NCBI GenBank assembly: GCA_030704615.1
Contig: CM060731.1
Span: forward strand, 18,352,001 to 18,416,000
DNA length: 64,000 nucleotides
Reading direction: 5' to 3'
From: Takakia lepidozioides
Lineage: Eukaryota; Plantae; Bryophyta
How positions within the stretch are numbered: the first letter of the stretch is position 1; each line of letters begins with the position of its first letter. Shown here in pieces: positions 60,401 through 64,000 of the stretch. A program made the position numbers and the translations under genes. The notes beneath the pieces are model-generated. The model was not told where the DNA came from. It saw only the letters and a program-made list of their open reading frames with translations, and searched no databases.

Positions 60401-62768
60401 TATGCATTTTGTTTTATGCAATGGTCAAAATAGTCAATTCCATTTGCACGCAAGCTGAAAAACAGCCTGAAAAATCCCCTGACCACTCCCCCAAAGAGCG
60501 GGACAAAAAGCCCAAAACAAAAACAAAAACTTACAAAATGTCGATATCCAATGAACAACTCCAAATGAAGTGGGACAAGAATGGGTTGGATTCTGCGACG
60601 AGAGTTGGCTAAAACAATTATCTGTGACTATTTGTTGGGTATCCCTAGAGCACTGTCTCTTGCATTGCTCAATCTGCAAGGATATGGCCATCGGTGAGAA
60701 CTCTAAGCGACTTGGAAAATGGTCCTGCAACTTCTTGTGCTTGGAGATTCTCTTAGTCTTTGAGGCTCTTTTGTAGATTGTGACAACCTCGACATCATTG
60801 GAAGAACCCTGACACAATGATCAAAGGCTCATCTCAACTTTGAGGCACTTTGGCACAAGTGTTAGATTTCTGAATGTTCCTTTGTGGGCTCCAAGTGTTG
60901 ATTCTTGGTCCTCATTAATTTGTCAACCATTGATTTACTAGTTTTGTTTAGCATGGTCCTTGGTTGTCTCATTATCTGGTGGACATGTTTTAGCCAGCCC
61001 GTATGTAGATCTGTTCTTAGAGCTCTGACCTCACCTTGATATGGCTTTCTCCCCAAGGTTATTTTTCCTTGGTCCACAATCCATAGGCGATAATAGACTC
61101 ATGGTCACTACAAGTTTTGCCTTTGTTAGCCTTAAGATGGACTCTTGTCGAACAAAGTGTACATTATGTTGTCTCTTTTGAAGGACCCCGCAATGGGAAT
61201 AAACATAAGATTGTTGATGGACCAACTGATGCCCTTTTATGGCTGGGAGGGTGACATCCATCTAATTTTGTTTTGTGCCAAGTACCATTGAGCCTCTGTT
61301 GGATGCTGATGGGCATTGTTGTTTGACTAAAGAAATCACACATCAGGAACGCTTGTGTTCGTACTCTTCAAGGAGGAAAGAAGGAAGACTCTTGCCAAAG
61401 CAAGCCTAACTTATGGTGTCACTCACCCCAAAGGGCTATTGGGCCTTCCGTTTGGAAGATGGAGACCTTCCAATGGCCGTAACTGGCCATGCAGTTGCCT
61501 TGCAAGGACTCAAGGGTGACTCAACACTAGGTACCCACACATTAACATTAAGTAACCAGTTGACCTAAGTACCCCCCCCTTTGTAGTTGGGTTGATAATG
61601 GGTGACATCCAACATACAACTATGTGGTTTTGAACCCATGACCACTTGTAAGGTGGCATTGTGCCCTAACCACATGGAGGATTCTGAAGAGATCCCAGGA
61701 TGATTGATATTTAGTATCTTCATGGAGGATTCCACGGCAAACAACCTACAAGTTGTAGGGCAACCTTGTTCCCCCCATGGGCAGGAAGATAGGTTGCATA
61801 ACCTTCCCCCATTTCTGTACAAATGTAAGTTAAGGGGGAGTTATGATGGTGACTAACCTTCCCCAATTTTAGTACAAATGTAAGGGGAAGTTATGATGGT
61901 AACTAACCGGGTTGAGTGTGCACACTGAATGAGCCTTCACAGATTCACGAACACCGAGGGTATGAAACCCGTGTATTGCTGGAGACAGAATGTGCAAAAT
62001 TCAGTAACAATTCCTGAAGTCTGCAGCTCACAAACGTGTGCACATGTATGAGGAAATGCAAGGCAATATAGCCACAGACCTCCAGCATTCTAATCTCCAA
62101 CAGCTACGCCGAATTGGATTTTCCATGGCGGGTTCACAATGTGAGTATTCATGGCCAACCTTACATCCACTTATTATCTACACAGCAAATATGAAAGACA
62201 CACATTATTATATACAATTGTACTTGCTTTCCCTTACAACCATGCATCTTCAATTTCTCGCACTGTGAAAGAACCCAGTTACACAGCGACGATCTCAAAA
62301 CCAATGTTCCAGGACTTGTGAATTGCACACTTCGCCTCTTAACATTGAAGTGCCCAACAAGATATAGAATAGCAGAGTGAAATGATCAAAGAGATCCATA
62401 TGCACGGGCACGCAACACCACAAGAGGTTTGAAACTTCAGCCAGAGCACCACAACCTTTGTTACTTTATACTTTACATAGGCACACTTCACCAACTTTCC
62501 ATGCGTTGTCAAGGGTTCTGAGGGTGAACTGAAGGTGCCAAGGAAAAAATAGGAAGTACAGAATATCTTCTGGTGAGTCCATTTCCTACTAAGAATTAGT
62601 GTGCAGACAGGTGCTAGCATGCTGACTAACCAAAGGGTCAGATACTTCCCACACAAATGGGGTGACCAGGGACAATGTATTGCATCACAAGCTTTTTCCA
62701 GACAACTCTATGAAGCCCATTAGCAGTATGGCACACTCTCAAACTCCCACATTGCAAACAAACACAGT

Positions 62769-63993
62769 CTACCTCGATGGGTGGCGCCTACTTCCCCTGA
62801 ATAGGCTTAATTTTAATCGTTGGCTAAAAGCGTCTAGTCTGCTGCTGTGTGCTGGTGAACTTCCATTGCTCCCGTTGCTATCAACCTCATCCCCATCTTT
62901 CGGCTCACCTTCCTTGATGTCTACATCCTGTAGTGATGCAGCTATAGCCTCCATCACCATCTGTGATGCAACAAAGGCACTGTCAAAACTAGTGTCTATG
63001 GCCACAAGGCTGTGGCAAGTAGAGTTGAAGTGTCTCTCTGAGTAGTGAATGGTTGAAGTTCGCTGTAATATGGAACATGAACCACAAACGTAAGGACTGA
63101 GTTCAATAGTAGCAAGACACTCCAGTGGATGGAAACAAAATACTTTGTCTACACTTCAAAAATTGTTCAGACCAAAGAAGACATGAAACAGACCCAAGGA
63201 CAGGCAAGGCAGAGGTTAGATTTCAACACACCCTTTCTTCATCATCAGGATTCGAAGGAAAATCTGCAAATCTGTCGTCATTGGTGGGTGACGCCTGTCC
63301 AGAGCTCTCCAGGCTCATACCATTCGATGAATAAGGGCCCCAGACCTCGTTGAATCCATTTGGAGACTCGTATTTTGTGTGGTGCGAGAAATTGACAAGG
63401 TTCCCGTTCTCATGACCCTGGCCAGTGCCAATCAAGTATTACTGCTGAGCAAAGAAGGAGTATTGAGGAAGTAGAATACCAAAGGATCAGAAGAGCATTC
63501 CTCTTCATCTATCAGATCCAATCAAATACTGATCAAGGATCCCAGCCATTCAAGAGCTAGGAAATTTGATGCTTCCATCACTAGAAATGCAATAAGAATC
63601 TTCAGAACGGTGTCACTAGGTAGGCTATCTCTGATAGCAGCTCGCCACGTATGAACTGAAGTAGAAACCTACCATTGGAGGACAAAAGGATCAATTTCAT
63701 CTCAAATCTTGATCTGAATTTGCAGGCAACGTTACAATAGAGGTTGATAAGAGTGTTCAAATAGTGCTCATTGAAAGCAGAAGCTCTGTTTGAAATTGCT
63801 GAAGGAATTGAAGTGCATAAATGTGATGTACCCCGCTAATCCACCAACATTATGACATCACCTATGAAGCAAGAAAGGGAGAAATTACATCCAAGAAGCC
63901 ACATGAAGATGATCCTTCAAACCCGTCAGTGTCGAAATCTCCCCTCATTAACTCTGAGACATCATCCTGCTGCTCTGATAGGTTCACTGGGAC
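62769..63993 (-). CDS. Last three exons of a host gene, probably a plant alpha/beta-hydrolase family protein with a long C-terminal tail
   Basis: Phase-0 exons 63993-63889, 63417-63232 and 62960-62769 with GT-AG introns; joined motif FPSNPDDEER|MVMEAIAASLQDV. The catalytic domain lies outside the window. Confidence 0.6.
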
Positions 63994-64000
63994 CTGACCA

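Noticed and set aside
60560-61900. Old LTR-retrotransposon integrase/LTR relic
   Set aside because: Only vague similarity; no diagnostic motif, PBS or LTR pair could be confirmed.

Overview
This is a eukaryotic, land-plant window, probably from a moss or other non-seed plant (GT-AG introns, an EID1-type F-box gene, chromoviruses, CACTA). It is mostly nested transposons around two host genes: EID1 (15654-17337, minus) and the 3' end of a probable alpha/beta-hydrolase gene (62769-63993, minus). From left to right: (1) a ~13 kb MULE-like DNA transposon saturated with a GGGT(T/G)ACA motif, carrying a SWIM/MULE transposase whose middle exons are inverted and a convergent ~1450-aa five-exon gene ending in a Ulp1/C48 protease; (2) a MITE and four tandem tRNA-derived SINEs; (3) an L1-type LINE interrupted by a full-length chromodomain Gypsy element; (4) the right arm of a CACTA whose TnpA-like gene contains an FCP1-like HAD phosphatase domain; (5) a second copy of part of the MULE and a self-priming Gypsy, shuffled together by a 4.1-kb inversion; (6) two diverged, intron-containing copies (one spliceable in frame, one decayed) of a bacterial-type beta-class N6-adenine/N4-cytosine DNA methyltransferase-like gene on either side of a CACTA DUF4216-like module; (7) a tRNA-Ala pseudogene, a piggyBac relic and tandem repeats. 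The best candidates for new biology are the transposon-associated amino-methyltransferase family and the motif-coated MULE with its inverted transposase cassette. All assignments come from reading motifs by eye; no database search was run.
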